Virus record (IMG/VR): IMGVR_UViG_3300028624_000003
Location: 64,001-128,000 of that record
Origin: a virus
Taxonomy: Duplodnaviria > Caudoviricetes
Reading direction: 5' to 3' (one strand)
Length of the DNA: 64,000 bases
Made by a program: the position numbers and the translations under genes. This document shows, piece by piece, positions 19,906 through 30,542 of the stretch. A model generated the notes under the pieces. That model saw only the letters and a list, made by a program, of their open reading frames with translations. It ran no database searches and was not told where the DNA came from. Each line of letters begins with the position of its first letter. The stretch's first letter is position 1.

Positions 19906-21822
19906 ATGTCTCAAAGACCCAAAATGAGCTGGCGTAGGCAGATCACCAGAGCAATCGAAGACGATCTTCGGTTCATGAATTCGTCGAAGTTCTCTCCTCC
20001 CAGCAAGTTGACGTTGACCACTGGCGCATCCGGAACTCTGTTTGAGTTTGGCGGACAGGATGACGTACACGGTATCGCTACGATCATCGCGGCACCCGGC
20101 GGTCAGCCTTCTCACACCCGAGTACTGAACTACCCGGAACCATGTGGTCTGCATTCTGCTGTGACTGTCTGGCCCGGGTGCGTGGTACTCATCGCAGGTC
20201 ATCGACTCGGTAGCATCCGTAGTGCGCTCTACCGTGTGGATAACGTGATCGTCGCAGACGGCCGTGACCAGTTCGGGAAAGCAGAGCTTACGCTTCTCGG
20301 CAGCATCGAGAACCTGACCAGGCGTGAAGATGTCACGTGGATCTCGGAATGGGCAGCAGAGATTCCTCTGATCGTGCACGCGTATCGTGCACTGATGGAT
20401 AAGCTGTTCACCTTCAAGTGCACGAAACCGATGTACCTCGAGTGGTTCCGTGAACTGAAGTCCGACGAGTACCGTGGCATCAGCAAGAAGATGCTCGAGT
20501 TCGTACAGAAAGACCAGGAAGGCGGAAACTACGTGGGTCTCGACGGCCGCTCGGTTGATACCGAGAACATAGTCAACACGTACGACACGCTCATTCGGGA
20601 AATGACAGCATACGCAGACGAGATCCACAAGAAGACCAATCACTTCGTGTGGTGCACTCTCGCGTATCTGCAACTCGAACCTGGCGAATTCGTGGTTCAT
20701 GGACGAATCGTTCACTCCAAATACGGCTTCCGTGATACGGAAATTCACGTGGGTGATCGTCTCTACATCTTCAACGTCGACTGCGACGAGAAGGTGGAAA
20801 CGATCGACGATTTCTTCCATCGGCACCTCGAAGAATACCGCAGAGCTCTTCTCGGCCGGTACCGTGTGGCGAAACATCTGTTCGCACACATTCACCGCAA
20901 CGACGCCATCAATGGTCTCGGAAGCACCGTAAGTGCACAGATCTGCAGATACGCGCAGTGCTGCCACCGGCAGCTGTCTTCGCAAGAAATCGCTACGATC
21001 CGTGCAGCGGAAGAAAAGGACGATGTCAGCGTGAAAATCGAGATCCCGAAAGTCGAACTTCCTGTGAAGCAGCAGGAAGAAGCACCTGCCGAAGTACTGA
21101 CAGAAACGGCTGTAGAACCGGAAGTACAGCCTGTCGAGGAGTACACACTGGAACAGACTGTAGAAGTTCCTGCAGCCCAACTTGCGGAAGAACTCACGAT
21201 GGAAGATGAAGAGCCTACGCAGGCTCCTCTGGAATCCGTACTGATCACCGAGGAAGTATCCGACACTTCCACTGCGGAAGTGGCTGCCGCTGAGGAAGTT
21301 CATACAGAACCTGAGATGGAACAGGAACCGACTGCATCCTATCCTGCAGATACCACCGAACAAAGCGTAACGGGGGATCATGAAGAAGTCGAAGAAACTG
21401 AACCCGTGCTGTTGCAGGAAGTGGAAAACGTGACGATCCACCTGGGACTTCCAGAAACCTTCGACGTGATCGAGCCGCAGGAAGAAACGGTCACTGTCGA
21501 TGTAACTGAGGAAAACCCCAAGGCCGAACCTGCGTTCGATATCGAAAACGGTGTCGATCTTTCGGTCAGTAACGAAGAAAAGAAATCGACATGGTTCGAT
21601 ACATCGATTCGTCAGCTCGCAGAAGGCGTGCACATCCAGTCGATAACCGTCAAAGAGGTTGTCGTGATGGATCGCGCATCCGAGACGAGAATCGGTAGTG
21701 ACCACCCCGACTACAGTGCCGTCACCTTTGAAGTGAACGACACCTTCACGGTCGTCGCAAATGCGCCCGGTCATTTGTACGTGGGCAAAGCAATCGTGAC
21801 GATCATCGGCTCCCAGAAGTAG
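19906..21822 (+). CDS. Hypothetical protein with long Glu-rich disordered region
   Basis: Start MSQRPK with gagga RBS, downstream of early motif; typical codon bias. Confidence 0.75.
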   Translation: MSQRPKMSWRRQITRAIEDDLRFMNSSKFSPPSKLTLTTGASGTLFEFGGQDDVHGIATIIAAPGGQPSHTRVLNYPEPCGLHSAVTVWPGCVVLIAGHRLGSIRSALYRVDNVIVADGRDQFGKAELTLLGSIENLTRREDVTWISEWAAEIPLIVHAYRALMDKLFTFKCTKPMYLEWFRELKSDEYRGISKKMLEFVQKDQEGGNYVGLDGRSVDTENIVNTYDTLIREMTAYADEIHKKTNHFVWCTLAYLQLEPGEFVVHGRIVHSKYGFRDTEIHVGDRLYIFNVDCDEKVETIDDFFHRHLEEYRRALLGRYRVAKHLFAHIHRNDAINGLGSTVSAQICRYAQCCHRQLSSQEIATIRAAEEKDDVSVKIEIPKVELPVKQQEEAPAEVLTETAVEPEVQPVEEYTLEQTVEVPAAQLAEELTMEDEEPTQAPLESVLITEEVSDTSTAEVAAAEEVHTEPEMEQEPTASYPADTTEQSVTGDHEEVEETEPVLLQEVENVTIHLGLPETFDVIEPQEETVTVDVTEENPKAEPAFDIENGVDLSVSNEEKKSTWFDTSIRQLAEGVHIQSITVKEVVVMDRASETRIGSDHPDYSAVTFEVNDTFTVVANAPGHLYVGKAIVTIIGSQK

Positions 21823-21831
21823 CGATACGCA

Positions 21832-21862
21832 GGAGAGTACGGAGGGTTCCTCCGTACTCTCC
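21832..21862 (+). terminator. Hairpin
   Basis: ggagagtacggagg / cctccgtactctcc. Confidence 0.6.
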
Positions 21863-21905
21863 ATTTACTAAACAAATGCTATAACTTTTTGAAAGGAGTA
21901 GAACT

Positions 21906-22098
21906 ATGGCCATGCCAGGATGCGTAAAGATGTCGGACCTTGTTTACCGTATGCGGCAAACTTCTGGGGGTATCCCAGCAGTTGGTCAGTGGTGTATGGG
22001 TACCTGCAAGATGTTATCATGTACCCAATCTGAAGAAAAGATTCAAACTTGCTTGGGGCGTATTCACCGGTAAATACAATGCTCTTCATTGGGAATGA
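21906..22098 (+). pseudogene. Small phage gene frameshifted at a G5 run (or sequencing error)
   Basis: aggag RBS and ATG at 21906; removing one G at 21966-21970 gives 63 aa ending WVPARC...RFKLAWGVFTGKYNALHWE, which abuts a terminator. Confidence 0.6.
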
Positions 22099-22099
22099 G

Positions 22100-22132
22100 A
22101 TAGAGGATCTCCTTCGGGAGATCCTCTATTTT
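22100..22132 (+). terminator. Terminator with cUUCGg loop
   Basis: atagaggatctcc-ttcg-ggagatcctctat-ttt. Confidence 0.75.
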
Positions 22133-22173
22133 CAAATATTATGCCCTAAATTTTTTACACAGTGAGGCGTTTC

Positions 22174-24408
22174 ATGGCCAATACAGAGCAAAAATCTCCG
22201 GGATCTACGCTCGCTCCATCGAGCGTCTCTTCTCCGGAACTGATAGGTGGAAAGACCAAAACCGATCGATTCCAGATGGGTGGAGTGGAAGTAAACGGTA
22301 TCACTCATGACCACCAATCCGCAGACCCTGGAAAGTTGTCGACAGCATTTGCTCTTGCCAGCAGCATGATCGGGGTGAATCGTGATTTGGAAGAAATGAG
22401 AAATACCTTGGGAAAGGTATATTTCTCACCAGTACTTTCAGATCCAATTCTCAATCCTTTCTTTGTTGATACGAACTGGGGCTTTGATGGTTTTACTATT
22501 GATGTCAACGAACTGCTCTACATCAACAAAAAGCCAGTAATCCCCGCACAGGCCACTGCCCGTGTATTGACTCCTGCATTTCAGAAGCCCGGTCGACATT
22601 TCGTGTATCTTGTGGTAACAGAACTTACCTCAGGGTCTATCACCCTCTCCAACGAAAAGGGTATCATCCTCAAAGAAATCACCATTCCGGGTGAGTACTC
22701 TTTGGAGATTGAAGTAGAACAACCATCGATCGCATTGCTCGATATCGTCGCGAATAACATCAATACGAACGAGTCGTGCCGAATTGCATGTATTTTCGTT
22801 CACTATGTCAAGACTGCATTCAATCGATACATGGATTACATGGCATCGAAAATGCTGTCAGGTGGATCAGGATTTGCATCTGTGGCGTATGTCGATACTG
22901 TCGGGTCAAATGTACTCAGACAGGCACGCGATTATACAGACGTACGTCTTACCTCGTTCGGGGAAGACATCGAGATGCACCTCAGATCCAAAAATAATCC
23001 GCATGGTGTGACGTACGATCAGACAGGTGCAGCACCATTGCATCACACACACATCGCGTCAGACTGCGGGGCAGCAGAAGTTAATCATACCCACACCCCA
23101 GAACAAGCAGGCGCCGCTCCTATTGTGCACACGCACACACCCAGTGAATGCGGAGCCGCTGCCGTAGTTCATACTCACACACCTGATCAGTGTGGAGCAG
23201 CTCCAGTATCTCACGATCACTCGATCAATGATCTGCGAGACTACAATCTCATTGAAGCCGAGTTCAATCGCGTCTATGCTGCAATTGCTGCAGGTGGTAG
23301 CGATACTTCTGCAATCCAGACTGCGCTCAGTTCACATACGGGGAACCGTGACAATCCTCACGCAGTAACCAAAGTTCAGGTAGGTCTTGGTGAGGTAGTG
23401 AATGCACCTATGGCTACTGATCAAGAAGCCATAGACGGAGTATTGACGAATCGGTACATGAATCCTGCGACCACCCGCATGGCACTTGCCAGTACTCTGG
23501 CACAACCAAATGTATCTACTGCACAATTCACACCAATCAAGAAAGCAGTACTCGATTTTCAGGGAGAAATGGAAGTATTCAACCTCCTCATCGAAAAAGA
23601 TCGAGTATACTGGATCTTGATAGATTGCGAAGAGAGCATGAGTCTCAAAGATTTGGCACTAACCATCGATACACTCGGTGGGGCTGAGAATATACGCAAC
23701 TCTTTCGTTGTGCCGACCACGATCACGACGCCTGAAGGTGAAGTATCTGTGATGGCAAAGAAAGATGTCGTAGCTAATCACTTCAAGCTCATGCATCCTG
23801 ATCAAGGAATAAACGGAGGGGGTGGACACCTCGTACTGGATACGAGGACCATGACTCTTTCCGGTACTATTCAGGGTAGAGTACTGGATCAGATTACTGG
23901 TGCTGAACTGAATGATTCAGTAGGATTTCCTGTAAATGTCTCTTCTGGATACAAGATGAATGCTGTCCCTCAGACTGTACAATCGCTGATCGTACATTCA
24001 TGGAGCGGTCAACCTGTATTTGCTACAGTCACAGTATTTGAAGTAGTACAGACTACTCAGCAGCCTGCGTTGGTGGTTGACGCTACACCTGTAGGTATGT
24101 TGGTGTTCCGTATGTCGTCAGATCCTGTACATGGCTGGATCTACCCTGATGGTTCTGAGTTACTGCGAGAGTCCTACCCTGAGTTGTTCAGATACGCACA
24201 GGAAAACAACCTGCTGGTGTCTGAACAAGAGTGGCAGCAGCTAGTCACAGATACAGGAAGAACCAATAAGTATTCTTTGGGTGACGGATACACCACGTTC
24301 CGTGTACCTAAGTTTACTATTCCTGACATGACTGCGTATATCAAAGCACGCCATGTGCAAGTACCTGATGAAGGTGAAATACTTTACCGTACGATATGGG
24401 AGGCATAA
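22174..24408 (+). CDS. Tail fibre protein with His-x-His repeats and C-terminal tail collar domain
   Basis: NNPH/DNPH motifs, HTHTP repeats, PVG...GWIYPDGSELLRESYPELF...TTFRVP collar motif. Confidence 0.75.
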   Translation: MANTEQKSPGSTLAPSSVSSPELIGGKTKTDRFQMGGVEVNGITHDHQSADPGKLSTAFALASSMIGVNRDLEEMRNTLGKVYFSPVLSDPILNPFFVDTNWGFDGFTIDVNELLYINKKPVIPAQATARVLTPAFQKPGRHFVYLVVTELTSGSITLSNEKGIILKEITIPGEYSLEIEVEQPSIALLDIVANNINTNESCRIACIFVHYVKTAFNRYMDYMASKMLSGGSGFASVAYVDTVGSNVLRQARDYTDVRLTSFGEDIEMHLRSKNNPHGVTYDQTGAAPLHHTHIASDCGAAEVNHTHTPEQAGAAPIVHTHTPSECGAAAVVHTHTPDQCGAAPVSHDHSINDLRDYNLIEAEFNRVYAAIAAGGSDTSAIQTALSSHTGNRDNPHAVTKVQVGLGEVVNAPMATDQEAIDGVLTNRYMNPATTRMALASTLAQPNVSTAQFTPIKKAVLDFQGEMEVFNLLIEKDRVYWILIDCEESMSLKDLALTIDTLGGAENIRNSFVVPTTITTPEGEVSVMAKKDVVANHFKLMHPDQGINGGGGHLVLDTRTMTLSGTIQGRVLDQITGAELNDSVGFPVNVSSGYKMNAVPQTVQSLIVHSWSGQPVFATVTVFEVVQTTQQPALVVDATPVGMLVFRMSSDPVHGWIYPDGSELLRESYPELFRYAQENNLLVSEQEWQQLVTDTGRTNKYSLGDGYTTFRVPKFTIPDMTAYIKARHVQVPDEGEILYRTIWEA

Positions 24409-24765
24409 ATGTCCGAGAACTTTGACGCGATTGTTGCAGCTGAACCTGGTACCAGAAACTGGGTGCGAGTACTTTTTCCTGAAGACATTCCTCCCGGATA
24501 TATCCGGATGGCTGGTCTTCCTCCGAACAATGGTGACACCGTGATGGTGGCATCTGAATCTGGAGAGTGGGAGATTCCTGCCGATAACTATACGAAACTC
24601 TACAACGAGGAAATCCGGAAAATTCGCAAACGCGAATATCTGCAGGCCGCTTCCATCGAGGAACAACTCGAAGCAATATTCGAGTACCAGATGGGAAATA
24701 CTGCCAAACTGGAATCGATCGTAGAGAAGATGAAAGCTATCCGTGAAGCACACCCCAAGAGCTAA
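24409..24765 (+). CDS. Tail fibre assembly chaperone-like protein
   Basis: Abuts fibre gene; RKREY...EEQLEA...IREAHPK pattern typical of such chaperones. Confidence 0.6.
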   Translation: MSENFDAIVAAEPGTRNWVRVLFPEDIPPGYIRMAGLPPNNGDTVMVASESGEWEIPADNYTKLYNEEIRKIRKREYLQAASIEEQLEAIFEYQMGNTAKLESIVEKMKAIREAHPKS

Positions 24766-24777
24766 GAAATACAGCAT

Positions 24778-24808
24778 CTCAGAGGAGTGGCATTGCCACT
24801 CCTCTGAG
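24778..24808. terminator. Bidirectional hairpin between convergent genes
   Basis: ctcagaggagtggc / gccactcctctgag. Confidence 0.65.
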
Positions 24809-24822
24809 GGCTTTTGTCTGTA

Positions 24823-25734
24823 TTAGACGTTAAGATACTTTCTCACCAGTTTCAAGACTTCCACGAAATTGTGTTCTACTCTACCCATGTCTTGGATAGT
24901 TACACCATACATGTCAAACATCTTGGCGTAGTAGAGCGACAACTCGGATAGCGTAGTGAGCTGTTGTTTGGAAATGGAGACCCCATCTTTTTCGATGAAG
25001 TTTATGATCTCCGTAAGCAGCGCACTACATGTTTCCATGTTCTTGACAACTGATGCCACTTCGTAGTGGTACTTAGCCGAGTCCAAAAGCAGTTCGTAAG
25101 TTCCTTGGAGCTCTTCCTTGGATTTGATGACTTTGCTCATCTGAATATCCCGAAGATGCTGCCCCACAAAACAACGATTAAACTGCTTGAACTTTGCGGT
25201 CACTGCCGGCAAATTACTCGGCAGATCAAGATCTTCCAAAGTGACAGTCATCGCGAGGACCTGATTGCGCAAACTTTCAAGTCCTTTCACGAAACGATCA
25301 GTAGTTTCCTTCATCTGCATCACTAGCAGCAGATCGCTACCGTACTGAGTAGTTTGCAGATAAGGTTCAGACATCTTGTCAGGTACAGGAATCGAGATAT
25401 GTTTGACCATGTCGTAATCGAGATTCACGAGTCGCATGGTAGTGAACTTATTCGATTCCACGTAGTACACAAGTTCCGTTCTTTTCAGCGTTCTGTACGA
25501 ACGAAACACATTGGTCTTGAATGTGTTCAAGATGTGTCCGAAAGTATTCAGAATACCGAAGAGAACTCTGGTGAGACCAGATCCGAAGAACTCCACACCT
25601 CGAGGATCTTGGAATAAACCTTGGAGTCTTTCGAGGTTGTGTTCTGCAAAGTTCTGGATGTCAGAGAATTCCAGAACTTCGTCTGCTTTCATGTATCGAA
25701 AATCTTCAAGTTCAGAGGAGATGTTTTTGAGCAT
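24823..25734 (-). CDS. Hypothetical, probably virion protein
   Basis: 303 aa helical ORF at end of structural operon. Confidence 0.65.
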   Translation of the reverse strand: MLKNISSELEDFRYMKADEVLEFSDIQNFAEHNLERLQGLFQDPRGVEFFGSGLTRVLFGILNTFGHILNTFKTNVFRSYRTLKRTELVYYVESNKFTTMRLVNLDYDMVKHISIPVPDKMSEPYLQTTQYGSDLLLVMQMKETTDRFVKGLESLRNQVLAMTVTLEDLDLPSNLPAVTAKFKQFNRCFVGQHLRDIQMSKVIKSKEELQGTYELLLDSAKYHYEVASVVKNMETCSALLTEIINFIEKDGVSISKQQLTTLSELSLYYAKMFDMYGVTIQDMGRVEHNFVEVLKLVRKYLNV

Positions 25735-25737
25735 GTC

Positions 25738-27189
25738 CTACCTCTTGAAGATGACGATGCGTGCACGCAAAGGCGTAGTAACAGTAGGGAAGCTAGCTCC
25801 GAAAGGGGAACCAGATTCTTTACCGCTGGCAAGGAAACCCATCAGACCAGATTGCAGTATGATTCGCTTCAGCGGACCAGTCTGATGAGGTTCTGCTCGT
25901 ACCCCGATCTGGTCGTTCCAACCCGTCTGTCCCCAGTTTCCATTGTACTCTACTTCCGCGTACATATCGGTCTCGCCAAGGAACGGATTGTAGTAAAGAT
26001 CACGTCCACCCAAGATGATTGGGATTGTAGCAGGAATGATCGTACGATCCCCGACTGGTGCGCAGATGACCTGGGTGATTACTCCAGAAAGAACTACCAG
26101 TTTCGCGATGTATACACGCAATACTGGAGCGTCCGAAGAATTAAACATCACGCAGCGTGCAGTATCGAAAAAGTCACCGACGTGACCATCGCGAAGTGCC
26201 CCTTCTTTGTAAGGGAATGCGGTCAGATTGAACGTGGTGAATTGAGCCTTCTCGTTGAGATTTGCTGCCACGTAATAGATCCCGTCTGCGGCGTTTGCAG
26301 GAAGATCCACATTCACAGGTGCGATAAGTTCAAAACTTTCCCGTACCTTACCAGAGTCAGCAAATGCGACGACCAGACCTTCATTGATTCTCAAGCGAGT
26401 ATCCGTGGACTTCTCCACAGGAATAGCGGGCTGGCTACAATCAAGCTGCGACCACCCCACAGGACGTGGGCCCATTTTCGATTTCATGATCGATTGCGGA
26501 GCAACCGCCATGTTTATCTGTATCCAAGATTTGACAGCAGTGTGTGTCATCTTGGGTGTCATGTACAAATCGTCACGAGTTTCGTCAGAGCACGTTTCAG
26601 CAGTAGCTGGAGCGTAGTTAGCTACACTGCCGAGACCTACCTGACCTTTACTGACCTCGTGTGGATTTTCTTTGTTCTGTACATGTGCGATGTGCGCATC
26701 ATTCAACACCGAAGTGGCCTTCGTTGTTGCGAGTACTTCGGAATCTCCGAGTGTGGGATCGTCACTCTTAGCATTCGGAATGTTACCCAGACCCACTTGT
26801 GTCTTGTCAGTGGCGTGAGGATTGTCGTGATCGTTACGGTGATCCCTGATCAGGTTATTCACCACATCCAGTAGTGCCGCCAAATACGTGATATCCTCAG
26901 AAGGATCCAGTGTACCGTAAGGACGAATAGTCAGTTCACCTTGGCCGTCTATAGCCTTAGCGTATGCAAACTGATTCAATTCGGTACTCACTTCGAAAAT
27001 GGATCCACCTATCTCCACGGGATCGATACCGCTTGCAGCGAGCGATTCGTCAGTGGGCGGAGCATCTGTGGATGCAATACGTACGATGCTTATCGGGTGT
27101 CCGGATTTGTTCCTGATGGTAAACGGACCATCGACACCTTCAAGTTTGGTCCAGTTAGCATCGGTCAGGCTTATGGTTACGACTGCCAT
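25738..27189 (-). CDS. Tail-fibre-like virion protein
   Basis: Start MAVVT with ggag RBS; two NPHxxxKxQVGLG motifs. Confidence 0.7.
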   Translation of the reverse strand: MAVVTISLTDANWTKLEGVDGPFTIRNKSGHPISIVRIASTDAPPTDESLAASGIDPVEIGGSIFEVSTELNQFAYAKAIDGQGELTIRPYGTLDPSEDITYLAALLDVVNNLIRDHRNDHDNPHATDKTQVGLGNIPNAKSDDPTLGDSEVLATTKATSVLNDAHIAHVQNKENPHEVSKGQVGLGSVANYAPATAETCSDETRDDLYMTPKMTHTAVKSWIQINMAVAPQSIMKSKMGPRPVGWSQLDCSQPAIPVEKSTDTRLRINEGLVVAFADSGKVRESFELIAPVNVDLPANAADGIYYVAANLNEKAQFTTFNLTAFPYKEGALRDGHVGDFFDTARCVMFNSSDAPVLRVYIAKLVVLSGVITQVICAPVGDRTIIPATIPIILGGRDLYYNPFLGETDMYAEVEYNGNWGQTGWNDQIGVRAEPHQTGPLKRIILQSGLMGFLASGKESGSPFGASFPTVTTPLRARIVIFKR

Positions 27190-27191
27190 GT

Positions 27192-28913
27192 CTATTCTCC
27201 CAAGAAGAAGTTGGTATTCTTGACTGTACAAATTCCCGGATAATACCACATGCGTCTGAACCATCCGGAGAACGGACTATTACCGAAACGATCTGCGCCG
27301 ATGTGAAGATGAGAGGAATCTGCACGAATCGGTTTGGTCACTGCAATTTCTTGTACCGGACCATCAAACCCTGCAACGATGTGGTTCTGTGCAGAGTATG
27401 CATGTACAAGAGATACGAATTCTCTGGTACAAGGCGGACTCCACTTCCCGTACATTGCGATGTTGTTCGGATCATTCGCTGCGAAATAGAAACGGCGATT
27501 ATGGTTCGTGGGGAACTGACCACTCAGTGCAAGACCTGTAGGTCCATTAGCCAAGTTGTAGAGTACGCGATTGATGTCCGGGAGAAGACGACCGGAGTTC
27601 GTGCACTCAAAGATGAAGGTACCTTCATCATTATTGAGCCATCCTACAGTGGGAATCTTGAAGTTATGGACTCCACAAACTCCCTCGGTATCGGTGGATT
27701 CTACGTAAGGTACAAGCGGGCCTTCGTTGAATTGCACAGCATCGATACCGATCGCAGGATCTGCGACACCCACGTAATTATCGTCACCGTCGTAGATATC
27801 CAGAGGGTACATCGCTGGTTTGATCGTACCAGATGCTACAGGTCGGAATGACATCGACACACGGTAAAAACCAGAATGCAATTTCTGTATTTCTCCATAT
27901 ATCCGATTTTGATCAGATCCTGCGTTGATGAACACTCTCTCGTCGAGCAGGTCGAAATGTACGTACGAATAAGGTCCAGCATACGACCCGGGAAGCATGA
28001 TACCAAAACAGTGTCGACCTATGGGATACACAAACACTGAAATGGTGTACAGCTTGTCCGCTTCAACTGCCAGCCCTATCGCAGATGTGAGTTGATGGTG
28101 CACTGGATTAGCAGAAGCCACTTCCTTAAGAATATGCAGTGGTCCGTTCTTTCTGAGATTCTGCAGATTACCTGAGACGTCTTTGACGAGATTGGTAGTT
28201 TCCCAATACTCATTACCGAACTGCTCAGAATGCAAATATTTGTTCGTGTACTGCCCGGTGAGCGGAATTGCCGGGTCCCCATAGATGTAGTCTATAGGCA
28301 ATACACCAGCAGGAGCAGTACGGAGTACTCCATGTTCGTCTATGTACGATATCGGAGTTTCAGCAGTGACAATTGCTTTCCTGGGTATTCCAACCAATGC
28401 ATCTACTGCAAGAGTAGGAGTCAACTGTACAGTTTCTCCCGGGAAGAGCTTTGCGAAAATTGCATCGTGTGCGTTTGGATTGGTGTCGTGCTGATGCACC
28501 ATTGCAGCGGCTGCTTTCACCGAAGGTACCTGATCAAGTGCTTTACCTTCAAGTGCAGTGGTTACATCTGCGATCTTCACATACTGAAAAAGTACCTTCA
28601 GAAACTCTTCTCGTGTTCCGGAGTTTCCTTCGGACAACCACAGATTGTAGAGTTCCTGCAGTACACTTGTCCCCATCTTCGCCAAGTCAGTGTCGTGAGG
28701 GTTGTCGAAATCGTTGACGTGTTTGGTGATGAGACCCTGAATGTAGTCGATGTTTGCGGGATCAAACATACGACGTACTTCTTTCAGTAGAGTAAACAAA
28801 TCCGGTACAGTGAACTCATGTTCAGACTGTGGAATTACTTGACCGTCTTCCAGTGTATCAGTCTGCGCAAGTTCAAATCCGGAGATGGTCCAAATGATGC
28901 GAATAGGTGGCAT
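27192..28913 (-). CDS. Virion fibre/spike protein with probable lectin-like C-terminal domain
   Basis: HVNDFDNPH, TNKYLHSEQF, EGTFIFE...LHIG...WYYP pattern. Confidence 0.6.
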   Translation of the reverse strand: MPPIRIIWTISGFELAQTDTLEDGQVIPQSEHEFTVPDLFTLLKEVRRMFDPANIDYIQGLITKHVNDFDNPHDTDLAKMGTSVLQELYNLWLSEGNSGTREEFLKVLFQYVKIADVTTALEGKALDQVPSVKAAAAMVHQHDTNPNAHDAIFAKLFPGETVQLTPTLAVDALVGIPRKAIVTAETPISYIDEHGVLRTAPAGVLPIDYIYGDPAIPLTGQYTNKYLHSEQFGNEYWETTNLVKDVSGNLQNLRKNGPLHILKEVASANPVHHQLTSAIGLAVEADKLYTISVFVYPIGRHCFGIMLPGSYAGPYSYVHFDLLDERVFINAGSDQNRIYGEIQKLHSGFYRVSMSFRPVASGTIKPAMYPLDIYDGDDNYVGVADPAIGIDAVQFNEGPLVPYVESTDTEGVCGVHNFKIPTVGWLNNDEGTFIFECTNSGRLLPDINRVLYNLANGPTGLALSGQFPTNHNRRFYFAANDPNNIAMYGKWSPPCTREFVSLVHAYSAQNHIVAGFDGPVQEIAVTKPIRADSSHLHIGADRFGNSPFSGWFRRMWYYPGICTVKNTNFFLGE

Positions 28914-28925
28914 GTGACAATCTCC

Positions 28926-29894
28926 TTAGTCGAGATGTTCGAAGATATGTTCAACTTGTTCCGGTAGTAGTGCTTCCGGATAGATCACGAATTGACGCAA
29001 AGGACTCGTGTCAGTCATCTTGAGCAAGTCGCAGGTGAGTCTCCCTGTAGATGTAGACGAAGTACCCGGAGCATATCCCAACGCGATAACCTGAGTACCA
29101 AAAACCAAATCAAGTACGCCGTCGTATACGACTAATCCACACCGCACTACATCGAACCACGGGGGAATGGATATAACAAATGACAGCCCGTTATCCGCCA
29201 CAAGCTCTCGAGAGACAGCATCCAGACTAAGACGAACGGTATCGCCATTCTCCCACTTAAGGGTGGCGAACACACACGACTTAAGTTCAACACTCCAGAA
29301 TGCGGAAAACTCATCACCTGTACGACCCATGTCCATGACTATGTCAGTATAGTGGGTATCCTCAGTATTTCTGCGTAGCTCTATCTCTCTCGGAATTCCT
29401 ATAAATTTCGACAAGTTCAAAATCGGAGAATGGATCATCGGATCTCCAGGAATGAATGGATTGATGACTGCGGAATGAGCATTCAGTGCATCTTCATTAT
29501 GCAGGTCCAGATACTGTTTGAGTATAGCTACGGGAGGAACTGCTGTCTCGGAGATGCCCTCAATCATTTCGTCAAGTGTAGCGTATTTGACGTACTGGAA
29601 TATGATATCCGTAAACTTTTGCAATGATCCTGTGTAGCCCTCAGTGAGCCACGCTTCGTACAGTACTTGAATTACTTTTGTATGAAGTTGTTCCACTGTC
29701 AAGCGGTGTGGGTTGTCGAAATCGACCACATGGCGGTATAGCGCATCCACTGCATTTGCCCAGTTGATGAAAGTGGGGTTCTTGTGGATAGCATTGAGAA
29801 TACTGAGAATATCCTCAACAGATACTCCATCTACGTGGAGTGAATTGTTTGCGGTCAAATTGTGCAGACCTGAAAGTACGAATTTTTTATTCAT
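28926..29894 (-). CDS. Virion protein, paralogue of 27192-28913 N-terminus
   Basis: HVVDFDNPH...LYEAWLTEGYTG...IFQYVKYA matches neighbour. Confidence 0.65.
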   Translation of the reverse strand: MNKKFVLSGLHNLTANNSLHVDGVSVEDILSILNAIHKNPTFINWANAVDALYRHVVDFDNPHRLTVEQLHTKVIQVLYEAWLTEGYTGSLQKFTDIIFQYVKYATLDEMIEGISETAVPPVAILKQYLDLHNEDALNAHSAVINPFIPGDPMIHSPILNLSKFIGIPREIELRRNTEDTHYTDIVMDMGRTGDEFSAFWSVELKSCVFATLKWENGDTVRLSLDAVSRELVADNGLSFVISIPPWFDVVRCGLVVYDGVLDLVFGTQVIALGYAPGTSSTSTGRLTCDLLKMTDTSPLRQFVIYPEALLPEQVEHIFEHLD

Positions 29895-29966
29895 GATAGA
29901 ATTACTCCGTAGATGGGATGGAGAAGCATAGCATGACAGATCTTAATTTCAAACTTGCTATATGTA

Positions 29967-29982
29967 TATATCACTGATGTGA
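29967..29982 (+). promoter_or_regulatory. Putative early promoter
   Basis: tatatcac-tgatg-tga. Confidence 0.65.
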
Positions 29983-30018
29983 GATGAGATTACTAATCAC
30001 TAAATTCGGAGTCTGAAA

Positions 30019-30522
30019 ATGGATGACAGAATTTCATGGCATGACTACTTCATGGCACACGCAGTTCTCGCAAGTACCAGATCCACCTGTGTCCGTCGGA
30101 AGGTAGGTGCAGTTGCCGTAGGTAATGGTAGAACCATTCTGGCCACAGGTTACAACGGTGCACCACGGAATCATCCGCATTGTACAAAAGAGACGTGTTT
30201 GCGCTACGTTAAGAACATTCCTTCCGGCGAACAACTCGATGTTTGCCGCGCAATTCATGCGGAACAAAACGTAGTTATTTCTGCGGCAAGGAATGGGGTG
30301 TCTCTTGTAGGATCGACGATCTACTGCACTACTGCACCGTGCATCACCTGTCTCAAAATCCTATGCAATGTAGCGGTGGCGGAGGTGTACTACATGTCCG
30401 ATTACCCAGAAAAAGATGACCATCTCATTCTCAATGCAAGCGAATTTCAGGGCATCATAATCAAGAAATTCGAACCATCATTCGAACTAACGCTACTCCC
30501 ACTGAATACACAGGCTGAGTAG
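30019..30522 (+). CDS. dCMP deaminase
   Basis: RSTCVRRKVGA, TGYNG, HAEQN, PCITC Zn-binding motifs. Confidence 0.92.
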   Translation: MDDRISWHDYFMAHAVLASTRSTCVRRKVGAVAVGNGRTILATGYNGAPRNHPHCTKETCLRYVKNIPSGEQLDVCRAIHAEQNVVISAARNGVSLVGSTIYCTTAPCITCLKILCNVAVAEVYYMSDYPEKDDHLILNASEFQGIIIKKFEPSFELTLLPLNTQAE

Positions 30523-30542
30523 TACTAGGAAAGGAGACACAG

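Noticed and set aside
4241-22143. phiKZ-type late promoter TATG upstream of several genes (e.g. 4241, 16882, 22140)
   Set aside because: A four-base motif is too short to support without TSS data
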